This document shows positions 51,601-61,350 of a DNA stretch of 64,000 nt, piece after piece. A program made the position numbers and the translations under genes. Origin of the DNA: an uncultured virus (IMG/VR IMGVR_UViG_3300005675_000019) (taxonomy: Duplodnaviria > Heunggongvirae > Uroviricota > Caudoviricetes); the IMG/VR virus record IMGVR_UViG_3300005675_000019, one strand, 5' to 3'. The notes under the pieces are model-generated. The model saw only the letters and a list, made by a program, of their open reading frames with translations, was not told where the DNA came from and searched no databases. Every line of letters begins with the position of its first letter. The stretch's first letter is position 1.

Positions 51601-52506
51601 ATCATCCTCAGATACACATACGGACCCGAATGAGAATGCCAAAATAATGTTTGGATTGGATACGATGCACTGCCAGGATGCCGATTTAGGCATGAGGTAC
51701 TCAGTCCACGTTACACCATCTGGTGATGTGGCGCATATATTTGTATTATTTGCTAGTGTGCAGTATACCCTACTGTTGTACGTAACACACGTCCACTGCC
51801 TGCTTCCTATAGCCTGCTGTGTAGCCTCATAGACATGCTCCGAGCCCGCAGCTACAATCTCTACCTTTATCTGTGCAGCAGCCAGAGAGTTGCCGTACTT
51901 AGCTAGTGGCAGGTCATAGAAAACTATGTAGGCTAGGCCTCGGTACGCTGATGCGTTTACGCCTAAATTAGCGCTAATCCGTGGGTCAACTAGCTGCGTA
52001 TCAGAGCCTCTATACAATTCAAAGCCTACAGCAGCAGCATTTGAGGCAGCGATAGTGCCAGGGTCTGTTGACCCCGCGTCATACCAAAGGTCAGGGCCTA
52101 TCCATATCCTCTTAACCCCGGTGATGGGCTCTCCGAGAGCCCTTGTATCTACTAACCCTACAGCAAAAGTAGCTGAGTACAGGTATGTTTTAGTTGTTGT
52201 CTGTGAGCCGCCACCTTTACCGCCCGACTTCTTCTTAGACACTGTCTCTTTTAACTTATTGTTCTCTAGCCAAAACACATTCCCAGACACAGTTATCGTG
52301 CCATAGGCTCTAGGTACAGTAGCCCCATAGGTACTGGTCTGTATTGTCAGGTCTTCTAGCCTAGGACCGTTAATAGTTGGCCCTTTTGGTGGGTCAAGGG
52401 CACCCCCAAGCATCATACCAAGCTGAGCGCCAAGCATGGGGTAGCCGACAAATGTCCCGACTACAGTCCCTACTACACCACCTACTATTTGGCCAGTGCT
52501 ACTCAT
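48610..52506 (-). CDS. Tail tip / host-specificity protein (GTA-like) with propeller repeats and a C-terminal LamG/ConA-like domain
   Basis: GPRLEDL..QTSTYG; AYRGLAYIVF.DLPL..YGN; SPDGVTW BNR-like repeats; FDGVGDY...GDFCVE. Confidence 0.88.
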   Translation of the reverse strand: MSSTGQIVGGVVGTVVGTFVGYPMLGAQLGMMLGGALDPPKGPTINGPRLEDLTIQTSTYGATVPRAYGTITVSGNVFWLENNKLKETVSKKKSGGKGGGSQTTTKTYLYSATFAVGLVDTRALGEPITGVKRIWIGPDLWYDAGSTDPGTIAASNAAAVGFELYRGSDTQLVDPRISANLGVNASAYRGLAYIVFYDLPLAKYGNSLAAAQIKVEIVAAGSEHVYEATQQAIGSRQWTCVTYNSRVYCTLANNTNICATSPDGVTWTEYLMPKSASWQCIVSNPNIILAFSFGSVCVSEDDGVTWVEVSMPGNYYCTDACYNGSVFLVATDSGPFFKSPDGFAWTSERAPEEAMGLGSVAYKGLAWNGSVFVTVAQGTRFLTSKTGTTGTWTRYVATNGNNWKSIGVNNGRFCITSTNFAGTYTSDDGYAWTYNAVNFAGFGSQVASDGSLFCATSYSTYCLSPDGVTWEIKQFPGGPVNTWNSLVWGGDVFVGVRGSGGVAATIQPYKIAATPVSLSHIVSVECRNSSILADTDIDVTALTQQVRGYRVGSIGAIRSAVEPLQSVWPFDIVQHGYKVQFKPRNSGSVVDIPMGDLDARSASSERGVSLTTSRESDAQLPNNVTLKYLDFNREYDVGEQYAERNDGNSVNLRVIDIPVVLTGSEAANLAELLLYLYWLERYDVSFSLPPTYNQLEPADVVTLQSLEGNIQLRLTAVDNTTDGVVVCKAKYNSAAVYSPNAVGADPVVSGPIIIEYALEPGYVLMDVPYMDRQMDRPSFLWTMYAPSDTFGGGEIYRTEDDGVSWDLVQGFSPPGGVVATATNAITAVDTGVWDKASVLNVRMVGGSSLTSVTDLAVLNGANLFAYGADGRWEIISIQLCTLTGPGRYTCTDMIRGKFGTEWAMGEHSIGDYLILLDENHLSLVGISNQLIGLPRTYRSGDDINSLDVYKDYDFTYQAVNLECLSPVYVKTFRDLSTNNWYFYWIRRSRTDWAWRDNVDADLGEYEESYDVEIYSDASFTTVHRTIRVPSAECTYTSGDQIIDQGTVKTAVFFKVYQVSSVVGRGAPAIYPGSSFNGANLADPNFNEVVFLTSNTGAEGNKRFRDVRGALMSSSGEVKTTTSTGPFTLGSSAQFDGVGDYIMTPGKDRYRLGAGDFCVEIIFKTSQKHGVLLDFYTGGQAGWQILLDSSGFLWFYTGGSVKTGSKNLCTGEWTYAAVTRELGNVHFYSARLGQPLLEDGIGTPYAANLNYTTLTFAIGAQVASRNPSWDFKGNIGPIRVTVGTARSPLVTPTADFPHG

Positions 52507-52919
52507 ACTGTGACCTCATTAAATCTGTAAGCGTGCACTACTCTATTCCACCACTTTGTGTTCATGGTATGCCTCACGCATTTGCCTACAGCCTCATAGG
52601 CGTGAATAACCTCATCGTGACCCATTATTGCCAGATGTTGGGGCTCCCCAAGGAACCGCATAAGCATCATGTCACCGGGCCTTACTTCGGCCTTGGTAAT
52701 ACGTGAAACAAACGGTTGGTAGTCAAGGGCAGACTCAAGCTGACCATTCAAGGGAGTCCTGCCGTAGCCCACCACATCGGCTGGCTCAAGTCCCAATCTC
52801 TTACAGACATGGATTGCCACGCCAACACAATCAAGGCCGGCCCCAACCACCCGCCCCTGGTGCATGAAGGGGGTATCAATGCACTCCAAAGCGGCAGTGA
52901 TGATGTCGTCTGGCGTCAT
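52503..52919 (-). CDS. NlpC/P60 tail-associated peptidase
   Basis: TPFMHQGR...GLDCVG...PQHLAI...IHA. Confidence 0.9.
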   Translation of the reverse strand: MTPDDIITAALECIDTPFMHQGRVVGAGLDCVGVAIHVCKRLGLEPADVVGYGRTPLNGQLESALDYQPFVSRITKAEVRPGDMMLMRFLGEPQHLAIMGHDEVIHAYEAVGKCVRHTMNTKWWNRVVHAYRFNEVTV

Positions 52920-52920
52920 G

Positions 52921-53769
52921 TTAGTTAGCCCCTCTCTGGGCATAAACGGAGCCAGTTGGTATGTACTCGAAACCGCCAAAGTTCACCATATTTGAGTAGG
53001 TAGTGAACCCGTCCCACCTATTTTTACAGTCTATTGACCTCTTCAGACATCCACGAATTATTCTATACTGGTTACCTATAACAGGCATGTAGTAAAACGC
53101 TTCATGTGTCTCTATAATGCCAGGGACAGTGAAGCTCTTTATCTCCAGCGGTTTAAGGCCAGCGTTTGGACCAGTTAAGAACTCTATTGTCCCAGCCTGG
53201 AACACACCAGATGTCTCAGGCCTAGTACCATCACTGAATACTCTTGCTGACGATACACCAGTTAATGTCCCCATCTCAGTCTGGAGTGCAAGATTTACAC
53301 CACACCCTGCATACTCTGTTCCCCCGAACTTTTTTGGGCACTGTACTGAGTATGTAGCGCCCACTGTTTGATTTAGAGCATCTATCATGGAGGTCCCATT
53401 GATGACATACTTATCATCTAGTAGGGTAGTTTTACCAAACACTCCAGCAGTTATAGGCTCCTGATCTTCAACGGGTGCTACCCAAGATGTTGCAAAGCAG
53501 TAGCACCTAGCCCCATCAAACACACCACTGGATACAGTTGCACGGGTGATACCAGCCAACCCCACTATCCCCTCTATGTCTATGTTGGAGGGGGTAAATC
53601 CAGCGGTGGAACTGTTACCCGTAAACTGATAACCAGACGTAGATAGGTACGTGTGCCCACTCATGGTCAAGTCTGTGACGTGGTCCGTAAGGTAGACAGG
53701 TGTCCCAGTTTTTGGCACTATCCTCATACATAGGGCTCTATACCTATAATCGGCGACTATTGCTTTCAT
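52921..53769 (-). CDS. Baseplate hub protein (DUF2163-like)
   Basis: LTDH..DL; C-terminal GC.K...DC...NFGGF.YIP. Confidence 0.85.
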   Translation of the reverse strand: MKAIVADYRYRALCMRIVPKTGTPVYLTDHVTDLTMSGHTYLSTSGYQFTGNSSTAGFTPSNIDIEGIVGLAGITRATVSSGVFDGARCYCFATSWVAPVEDQEPITAGVFGKTTLLDDKYVINGTSMIDALNQTVGATYSVQCPKKFGGTEYAGCGVNLALQTEMGTLTGVSSARVFSDGTRPETSGVFQAGTIEFLTGPNAGLKPLEIKSFTVPGIIETHEAFYYMPVIGNQYRIIRGCLKRSIDCKNRWDGFTTYSNMVNFGGFEYIPTGSVYAQRGAN

Positions 53770-54638
53770 GGGTCAATCAACTCAATGATGTCAATCCCGC
53801 CACAATCCCTAACTCCTTCGGATATAGCAGCCACATCTATCCTGCTGTTAAAGCGGCAAGGCAGATCAAAGTAGCAACCGCCAGAGACTACCTCACCTAC
53901 TTGGGGTGCCGTATTTACGGCTCCACCGCTTGTGTAATTGCTATAAGCTATGGTATCTAAATTTATTGTGACTAGCCCACCGATATCCGTGCTGACAACT
54001 GTCACACGCTTGTTGTTTATCTGTGTCATACCAACAACACCAGTTACGTAGATTGATCTTCCAGCAACAAGTGCATTCCCTGGTATAGTAAGTACAGCTT
54101 GAACTTCCTTGGTTATATTAGTGATAGCCCAAGTACCATTGGCTAGAAAAGTAACACGCCCGTTAGTGGTGTCAACCGTAAAGTTAGAGCTATCTAGCTG
54201 CACTGCACCAACAGCTACAACAGTACTCCCAGCCACAGGTTTATACACTTTCCTGTAAGGCAGTCCCAAGGTAATCGGTGTTCCCCCAGAGCCGTAGGCT
54301 GTGACTAACTGATACACCCCAGTAGAGATCAAAGGTAACTGCCAATCTCCTGCAGTTGGTACATTGACGCTGCCATTAGTACTGAAGTCATCCTCGCACC
54401 TAACCCTGAATCCAGCATACATACCGTACACTCTACTGTACATGGCCAGTACACCTTGAGCTATCGTGGACCGCCAGTTGGTAAAGTTAATTTGAAAACT
54501 ACGGACAGGGAAAGGATGAATAAGCCTGCGATACTCCTTGCCAGATGCTGTGGTCACTATCTGCACAGCGAACTCGTCGTTGTAGGTTGCCCCCATCCTG
54601 ACATTAACTGGTAGCCTACCCTCATGAAACTCAGCCAT
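53766..54638 (-). CDS. Distal tail protein (DUF2460-like) with an inserted domain
   Basis: SGKEYR...GFR..D...KPVAG...VD.TNGRVTF...FDLPCRF. Confidence 0.85.
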   Translation of the reverse strand: MAEFHEGRLPVNVRMGATYNDEFAVQIVTTASGKEYRRLIHPFPVRSFQINFTNWRSTIAQGVLAMYSRVYGMYAGFRVRCEDDFSTNGSVNVPTAGDWQLPLISTGVYQLVTAYGSGGTPITLGLPYRKVYKPVAGSTVVAVGAVQLDSSNFTVDTTNGRVTFLANGTWAITNITKEVQAVLTIPGNALVAGRSIYVTGVVGMTQINNKRVTVVSTDIGGLVTINLDTIAYSNYTSGGAVNTAPQVGEVVSGGCYFDLPCRFNSRIDVAAISEGVRDCGGIDIIELIDP

Positions 54639-57600
54639 ATCTGCGTGCTCCATTAAGTGCTGACAAGGCCTCTCGTGCACCTTGTCCAGCGGCCCTTCTC
54701 ACATCCGGGGCGTTAGTACCATTGACGTTGACCGTGATGTTGACCACCTTCGACCCACCAAAGCCCTCAGCCTGCACGCCTAGCCGCCCATAGGAGTCAC
54801 GCTTCAGGGGCATGACTGCCTCCGGCCCGGCCTCGGCGAAGATGCCACCCTTGGCGAAGCCATGAAGGTTCTGGAAGGCAAAGGTCTTCGGACTGGTCTG
54901 CACCGTGTTGGCGTAGGCGTGCAGGCTCGGGGAGCCTGAGAAGACGTTGCCTTTGGCGCTGTCAATGAAGCTGGCCGCCAGGTTGGCGAAGTCACCACTG
55001 CTGAACCCGCCTCCACCCCCGCCGAACATCCCGAGGATGCCGTTGACAATGCCGCCGAAGCCTCCCTCGCCCCCGCCGATACTGCTCATGGCCTTGGCAG
55101 CCAAAGCCTTGGCCTCGATCTTGGCGATGTCCAGGATCACGGATTGGGCGAACTTCGCAAAGTTGAGTTTGCCCGTGGTAAGAAACTCGTCCAGTGCGCC
55201 CTCAATGGCGCTGGACATCGCTTGATATGAGTCAGCAGCCTGCTTGGCAGCGTTGGTCGCGTCATCCACGTAGGCCTTGTGGGCCTTCTTCCACCCCGCC
55301 ACATAGCTCCGCTGAAACTCCTGGTCCTGCATCTGGGCGGCGGCTTTGGCGTCGATCGCTCCACGCTCAGCCTTTGCAACCTCCGGGTCGACCTGGTTCC
55401 TGTCGACACGTCTTTGGAGGTCCTCAACGGCTCTCAATTGCTCACGCTCGATTCGGAGCTGGGCCACTTCCTGGGCCGTTTTGTCGAGGGCGATCTGCTC
55501 GAACTGAAGGTCGTCAATGTACCTGCCGGTTGACACGCTCAGGTCGTCAATGGCATTCCTGTTTGCTGTGCGGGCCTTGGTTGTGTCGAGCAGCGCTTGC
55601 TGCTGCTGCTTCTCCAGCTTTAGGGAGTTCTCGGCTAGGTCGTTCAGGAACTTCTCGACCTGGACCTTGTCACCAGCCGCCTTGGCGTCAGCCAGAGAAG
55701 CCTCAATGAGCAGGCGCTCGATCTCAAGTGATGCCATCGTCGCCTGGTTCTTCTTCTCCGTGGCCACTGTCGTGCTGATGGTCTGGGCAGCGAGGTCGAT
55801 CTCGATCTCGATCAGCTCACGGCCAAGCTGAATCTTTTCCTGCTTCAAACCTGATTCAAGGTTATCGTTCAGGATGGAGCGAGCGTCCTTCAGGGCACCA
55901 CGACCGGAGCCTCCAGCGCCCCTGCCTTCAGACCCAAGAATCTCCGAGGCCTTGCGTGTCGGCTTCTTCGTTTCTCCGGCCACGGCAGCCTTCAGACCCT
56001 CGGAAGCGTTCGAGGCCTTGTACTTCTCCCTCTCCAGACCCTCAACTACCTTGCCCCATTTGGCGACTGACTCACGTGCATCGGAGAGAGCGGTGCCCGT
56101 AGCCCGGCCCTCAACCCTCAAACTGAGCAGCTTCTCAGCCTTGTCCAATTCTTCCTGGGCCTCGCCCAGGTCCCCGACCCCGTACTTCTCCCGGCGAGAA
56201 ACCTTGTCCAGAGCGGCTGATGCCCTGACGGCAGCGTCATAGGCCTTGTCACCGGCCCGTGAGGCGTTATTGCCCCAGATAGTCCAGGCGACTGCACCGG
56301 CTGCCAACCCCCCAGCAATGATCGTGAGAGGTGTTGGGATGGCCATGAGGAGTGAGGGCAAGCCAGCAACAATGGCCTTCATGGACGCCATTGGCCCAAG
56401 TGCTGGACCCATGATGCCACTGGCAATCTGCATGCTCGTGGCAAAGCCCATGACTGCTGTAGAAGTGGCAGTCCAAACAGCAGCGGTGATCATCCCAGCC
56501 TTGTACACTACCCAAGCCTGTGCCAGAGTGATTAAGTGTGGGGCCATCTCTATTACGGCATTGGTCAGCGATGCCATACCCCCGACAATCGACTTCAGAT
56601 TTTGTAGGAATGCGGGGTCAGCGAACAACGCCTTGAGGTTGTCTGCTAACTGACTGAAGATGGGCTCCATCTCATTGAAGGCAGTGACTAGCTGGACCTT
56701 CATGGTGTTTATTGCTTGAGCCCACTTACCTTTGGCTGTGTTCTCAAGTTCGGTGGCAACTCCCTCCATGAATCCTTTAGAGTTCTTGATCTCATCACGC
56801 AGCTCTATCCACTTGTCTTTGGTAAGAGCAAGCATGGCAACAGCTTCTTTAGCACCTCTCTCACCAAACAGCCTCTGAAGTATCTCTACCTGGTCTCCCT
56901 TACTGAAGTCTGCCAACTTACCCTTCATATCGAACACCACATCAGCAAAGTTTCTGAGATTGCCCTCAGCATCTTTTGTTTTCAGGCCAAGGTTCTCCAT
57001 GGCCTTGGCTGACTGTGGTACAGGGGCGTACAGTTCCTTGAGCATATTGCGGAAGGATGTGCCCGCAGCAGTTCCAGTGATGTTGACTTTTGCAAGCAGC
57101 GTGATGGCAGTCGCTGTGTCTTCGAGGTTTGCGCCATACTGTTCGCCAACAACGGAGGCTGTCTTCATGGCCTCAGTCATACCCTGGACCGAGGTCTGCG
57201 ACAGGGCAGCCGCCTTGGCGAACACGTCCCCCACGCGCTCAGAGTCCTTGACTGTCAGATTGAAGGCTTTCATCACACCAACCAGGGTGACAGCCGCCTG
57301 CTCCATCTCCATCTCACCGACCGTGGCAAGGTTCAATGTCTGTGGCATCGCCTCAAGAGCCTCGGACGCATCAAGGCCTGCCTGAGCCAGTATCCTGAAG
57401 CCGCTGGCAATCTCTGTAGGTCCTCGCAAACCGGTCTGTGAAAGGCCCAGGGCAGCATCAGACAGCTTCTGTACTGCCTCAGCAGACTCACCTCCCAGGG
57501 CTTTCACAAAGGTGAGCTGGTAGGCGAACTCGGAGCCAGCCTTGGCTGCGTTTATGAACGCGCTGCCAATGGTTGCTCCAGCCAGCAGCGGGATGAGTGA

Positions 57601-58565
57601 GCCGTAAGTGATCCACAACGTCCCCAGCGAACCGGCCAAACCCCTCGCCGCCGCATGCCCCTCGTTAGCGACCTTGTTCCAGTGAACCTGGGAGGCGGCG
57701 CTTTCTTTGGTGGCAGTGGACAACGACTTGTAGGCTGCCTCGGCTGCGACAACACTGCCCCGCGCCTGAGCGGCTGCAAGAGCTTGAGACGACCCCGCAA
57801 CACCGGGCAACTGCTCCTGTCTAGCTCCCCCGTAGAAAGCCTTCGCGGCCTGAACAGTAGCAGATGCTCGCTGCTTATCAGTTAGCGCCAGCCATTTGGC
57901 CTGAGCCTCCAGCTCTTTGGTTATCTGCTTTTCCGCAGCCNNNNNNNNNNNNNNNNNNNNNNNNNNNNNNNNNNNNNNNNNNNNNNNNNNNNNNNNNNNN
58001 NNNNNNNNNNNNNNNNNNNNNNNNNNNNNNNNNNNNNNNNNNNNNNNNNNNNNNNNNNNNNNNNNNNNNNNNNNNNNNNNNNNNNNNNNNNNNNNNNNNC
58101 CAGTGCCCTGGCTCTTTCAGAGGCATTGGTTCCGGCTGCGTTAAGTTCCCGCAGACCCGCCTGTGCCCTAGCCCTTTGCTCGTCACCCCTCAACAATTCG
58201 CTATAGACAGCCGCTTGGGCCGCCTTCAGTCTGTCAAGGTTCTTGATCTGGGCTTCGCCAGCTTTAATGGAGGCAGCCCCGGTCATCTCGGCGCTTCGCA
58301 ACATGATCTTCATGTTGTTGGCCATGCCGTCAGACGCCACAGCAGTCTTCGCCTGCAGCGTAGCTACCTGCTTCGTCAGGCTGTCGATCTTTTTGGCGGC
58401 GAACTCAGCATCTGCGCCGATCCCCTCCACGCCCTTGCCGGTCGCGGGTGCCCGCATGACAGCCAGCAGGTCGCCGTACTTTTCCTTGAGTAGTTCGAGA
58501 TCGGCCTTGGCCTGCCCGGTGTCAATCCTCAGAGTTAGGGTTGCTGCTGCGTCCGTACCACTCAT
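54631..58565 (-). CDS. Tape measure protein (interrupted by assembly gap 57941-58099)
   Basis: TP901-type core (LAQAG, AAGTSFRNML); lambda-like C-terminus with AEAGPEAVMPL; frame is open from the gap into ORF 54631..57810. Confidence 0.92.
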
Positions 58566-58575
58566 GACCTAACTC

Positions 58576-58899
58576 CTAAGATTTGTGCATCTGCGTTATT
58601 GCTGAGGATGACATCACTCGTATTGCGCGTAGCGTATCAAGCCTCTCGTCCGTACCCTGGACCTCGAACAGGTCCATGACCTGGAAGACCACGTTGAGGT
58701 CCAACCCTACCGGGCCGCCTTGCTCCATTCGCCACTGGTCCGAAACCTCGCAGAAAATCTCGTAAGGCAGCCAGTTGTCAGGCCACACCTCGAAGTCCGA
58801 GGTGTCCATCACGTCTTCCCGCAACAGGCCGATGGCCTTCAGCTCAGCGTCTGACGGCCCGGAGTCGTACATCCGGGCAGCCAGGGCTACGAGTTTTTT
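58576..58899 (-). CDS. Tail assembly chaperone, frameshift extension (gpT/DUF1799-like)
   Basis: EVWPDNW...QWR....GPVGLD; reached by a -1 shift at A AAA AAC. Confidence 0.85.
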   Translation of the reverse strand, partial: KKLVALAARMYDSGPSDAELKAIGLLREDVMDTSDFEVWPDNWLPYEIFCEVSDQWRMEQGGPVGLDLNVVFQVMDLFEVQGTDERLDTLRAIRVMSSSAITQMHKS

Positions 58900-59207
58900 T
58901 GCCGCCCCTCGAACAGGCCCTTGTTGTAGCCCTCGAAGATGGCACGGGCTGCGGACGGGTAGTTGTCCAGCAGCATGTCCAGGGCGGCAGCATCGAACGG
59001 GACATCGACGCCTTCCCAGCCCTCGACCAGCTCCTGGAGCGCGTCCAGATCGGTGCGGGCGGTCTCGCCATCACCCAGGCTGTCGAAGAAAGCCTTGAGG
59101 GCCTTGCGCCCCTTGTGCTTGAACACGAACGTGACTGTCGCATCGCCATCGGTGGTCGGGATGGCCACGGGTTGCTTGAAGGTGGGTTTCGGTTGCAGTA
59201 CAAACAT
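58887..59207 (-). CDS. Tail assembly chaperone (gpG-like)
   Basis: PKPTF...FKH...GWE...ends QKNS; lies between tail tube and tape measure genes. Confidence 0.88.
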   Translation of the reverse strand: MFVLQPKPTFKQPVAIPTTDGDATVTFVFKHKGRKALKAFFDSLGDGETARTDLDALQELVEGWEGVDVPFDAAALDMLLDNYPSAARAIFEGYNKGLFEGRQKNS

Positions 59208-59345
59208 GGTATCGCCTCATGTGATTGGTCCACCTCTAGGTTGGTGCCACTGACCTGTCCGCGAGGCGGGTACGGACACGGATCGCTCCGCTGGTCAGTG
59301 GGTTCTGGAGCCGCTAACTGCCTACAGCTAGCGGTTATGTCAGGA

Positions 59346-60014
59346 TTACGTCGAGTAGCGCAGCGGCTCGGCGGCGTAGGACAGGCTGATCTGCGTCATC
59401 AGGGCCTCGTTCGTGGCCATGGTCGGCACCTTCAACAGCGACCAGTAGGCGTTCGCAGCCAGCTTCGAGCCATTTGGGAAGGTCATGAGCAGTCCGTAGG
59501 GAGCCCGCGCTTCGTCCGCCACGCTCACGTCAGCGTACCAGGCCAGGGTCGGATCATCGAACACGTCGATGGTCATGTTGACCGCGTCCTTGATGGTCGG
59601 AATCTGGCGCTTGACCGTGTCCGTGATCGAGGTAATGTCGGCGAACTGCTGCGCACCACCGGAAGCGCTCACGCCCTTGACCTGCGACAGCACGGACCAG
59701 GCGGTGATCTTGCGGAAGGTACCAGCACCCGCCGAAACACCACCAGCGTACTTGGTCGTGTCAGAGGTATCGACGCCTTCAAGGGTCATGGAGACACCAG
59801 CGGCGACCGCTGACACGCGGCAAACCCGTTGGTCAAGCAGGCCCCAGCCAGACGAGATGACGACATAATCACCAACGGTGGGAGGGGTAGCCGTACTGGC
59901 GACTGCCGGGTTGGCATTCGTGATGGCGGTGATCGTGGTGCCAGCCAGGGTGAGGACGGGGGAGTAAGTTTTGGCCACAGCCACTGTGGCTCCGGTAGAA
60001 AGTGTGATGCTCAT
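59346..60014 (-). CDS. Major tail tube protein
   Basis: ITAITNANPAVA...SGW..LD.RV...SGGAQQF; position upstream of the chaperones. Confidence 0.9.
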   Translation of the reverse strand: MSITLSTGATVAVAKTYSPVLTLAGTTITAITNANPAVASTATPPTVGDYVVISSGWGLLDQRVCRVSAVAAGVSMTLEGVDTSDTTKYAGGVSAGAGTFRKITAWSVLSQVKGVSASGGAQQFADITSITDTVKRQIPTIKDAVNMTIDVFDDPTLAWYADVSVADEARAPYGLLMTFPNGSKLAANAYWSLLKVPTMATNEALMTQISLSYAAEPLRYST

Positions 60015-60196
60015 GGAATATGCCCTTTCGGCTTCAAGCCAAATGATAGATAATCTTCGGCCTTAGTCGAAAACGATTTTGGGCCTACTGGAATTCTAGC
60101 GCTCTGGCATTTTCTCGCTTGGGCACGAGAGTTGAATGGTCCTCAGATGCGAACTGTGGTCCCACGATATGCTAAAATGCCGGGAAAGGAGATGCC

Positions 60197-60418
60197 ATGA
60201 CGCCCGCCCCTACCCCGGAAAATCTCGCCCTGATCATGGACGAATACAATCTGAATGTGAAGAAGACCGCAGGTCTGCTGCATGTTTCCACCAGGACAGT
60301 TAATCACTGGCGAAAAGGCGACAGGGTTATGTCGCAAATGGCTTGGGACTGCCTTTTATTGAAACTTCAGAAACCAAAATCATTGACCATTATTGGTAAT
60401 GACTGGCACATCCAGTAA
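60197..60418 (+). CDS. XRE-like HTH protein, antisense to the structural operon
   Basis: LNVKKTAGLLHVSTRTVNHWRKG; AAGGAG RBS. Confidence 0.8.
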   Translation: MTPAPTPENLALIMDEYNLNVKKTAGLLHVSTRTVNHWRKGDRVMSQMAWDCLLLKLQKPKSLTIIGNDWHIQ

Positions 60419-60826
60419 TTACTGGAAGAAGTAGAAAGGCACGATCAGGTCCTGGCTGGTCCAGCCGTTACGGCTTTGCTTCCGGCCAAACCTCGGGCAG
60501 TCCAGGTCCACGCCAGTCAGGCGCTGGTACTTCAGTAATTCACGCAGGTAGTTCAACTTGACTAGGGCGTCGCGTGTACCCTGGCCCTCCTTAGAGAACA
60601 ACTGCAGGATCACTTCCCCATAGCTGGCTGTGTACGGGGCAAGGTCAATGCCCTGGCGGACGCTGTCTGTGAACTCGATCATCACCCGTAGAAAGCTGCT
60701 GCCCACAGCATCGAGATCGACCTTGACCGCGTTCTCATAGAACAGCTTGACGGTGGGGTAGGTCAGAGCCCACGCAGGGTTCAGGTAGGCCACGATGGCA
60801 TCGCGGACTTGGACTTCAGTGGTCAT
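60419..60826 (-). CDS. Tail terminator
   Basis: Position before the tail tube; G...LQLF..EGQG pattern. Confidence 0.7.
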   Translation of the reverse strand: MTTEVQVRDAIVAYLNPAWALTYPTVKLFYENAVKVDLDAVGSSFLRVMIEFTDSVRQGIDLAPYTASYGEVILQLFSKEGQGTRDALVKLNYLRELLKYQRLTGVDLDCPRFGRKQSRNGWTSQDLIVPFYFFQ

Positions 60827-61350
60827 ACACCGAGACTCCTGAGAATGGTGAGCTGTGATCTGCCGATGCTGGCGAACCTGTGCTTCGTGAAATCTACGGC
60901 CCTGGACACGACATGGGATGAACTTGGGTTGACTGATCGGAAGTCGATCTCGCCACGTTCAATCTTCCAAGCGTAGGGCTCATCATGCACTGCTGAGTTG
61001 GACAGGTAGATGTCGGTGCCAAGGGGCTGCGCCTTGGCCGCTGACAGCCGTGGCCAAGCCTTATTGAGGGCGTGCTCTATGGCCGGAGCATCCCCTTTCT
61101 CGTATGGGTCAACGACACCGGACGAGATCATCTTGTGGGTCAGGAGTTTTGCAGGTCTCCAGATGTTGGGTGGGTTGTTGAATCCCACCTCCCACCCAGA
61201 GACAAAGTCACCAGTGAACTGCGGAGACTCCTCTAGGACTTGTTGCAGGGCGATCTCGGCAAGGCCCGCCGCCGCGTCCTGCGCGGCCCTCTCCACCGCC
61301 CCGAACCACGCCCCTACATCAGCGTCGAATTTCTCAAGCCCTTCGAGCAT
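60823..61350 (-). CDS. Tail completion / neck protein (HK97 gp10-like)
   Basis: SPQFTG.F..GW...IYLSN...YA..IE.G. Confidence 0.75.
   Translation of the reverse strand: MLEGLEKFDADVGAWFGAVERAAQDAAAGLAEIALQQVLEESPQFTGDFVSGWEVGFNNPPNIWRPAKLLTHKMISSGVVDPYEKGDAPAIEHALNKAWPRLSAAKAQPLGTDIYLSNSAVHDEPYAWKIERGEIDFRSVNPSSSHVVSRAVDFTKHRFASIGRSQLTILRSLGV

Noticed and set aside
47950..52506. Diversity-generating retroelement acting on tail genes
   Set aside because: No reverse transcriptase and no template/variable repeat pair seen in the window.
57810..58565. Split or frameshifted tape measure gene
   Set aside because: The break coincides with the N gap 57941-58099, and frames are open on both sides.
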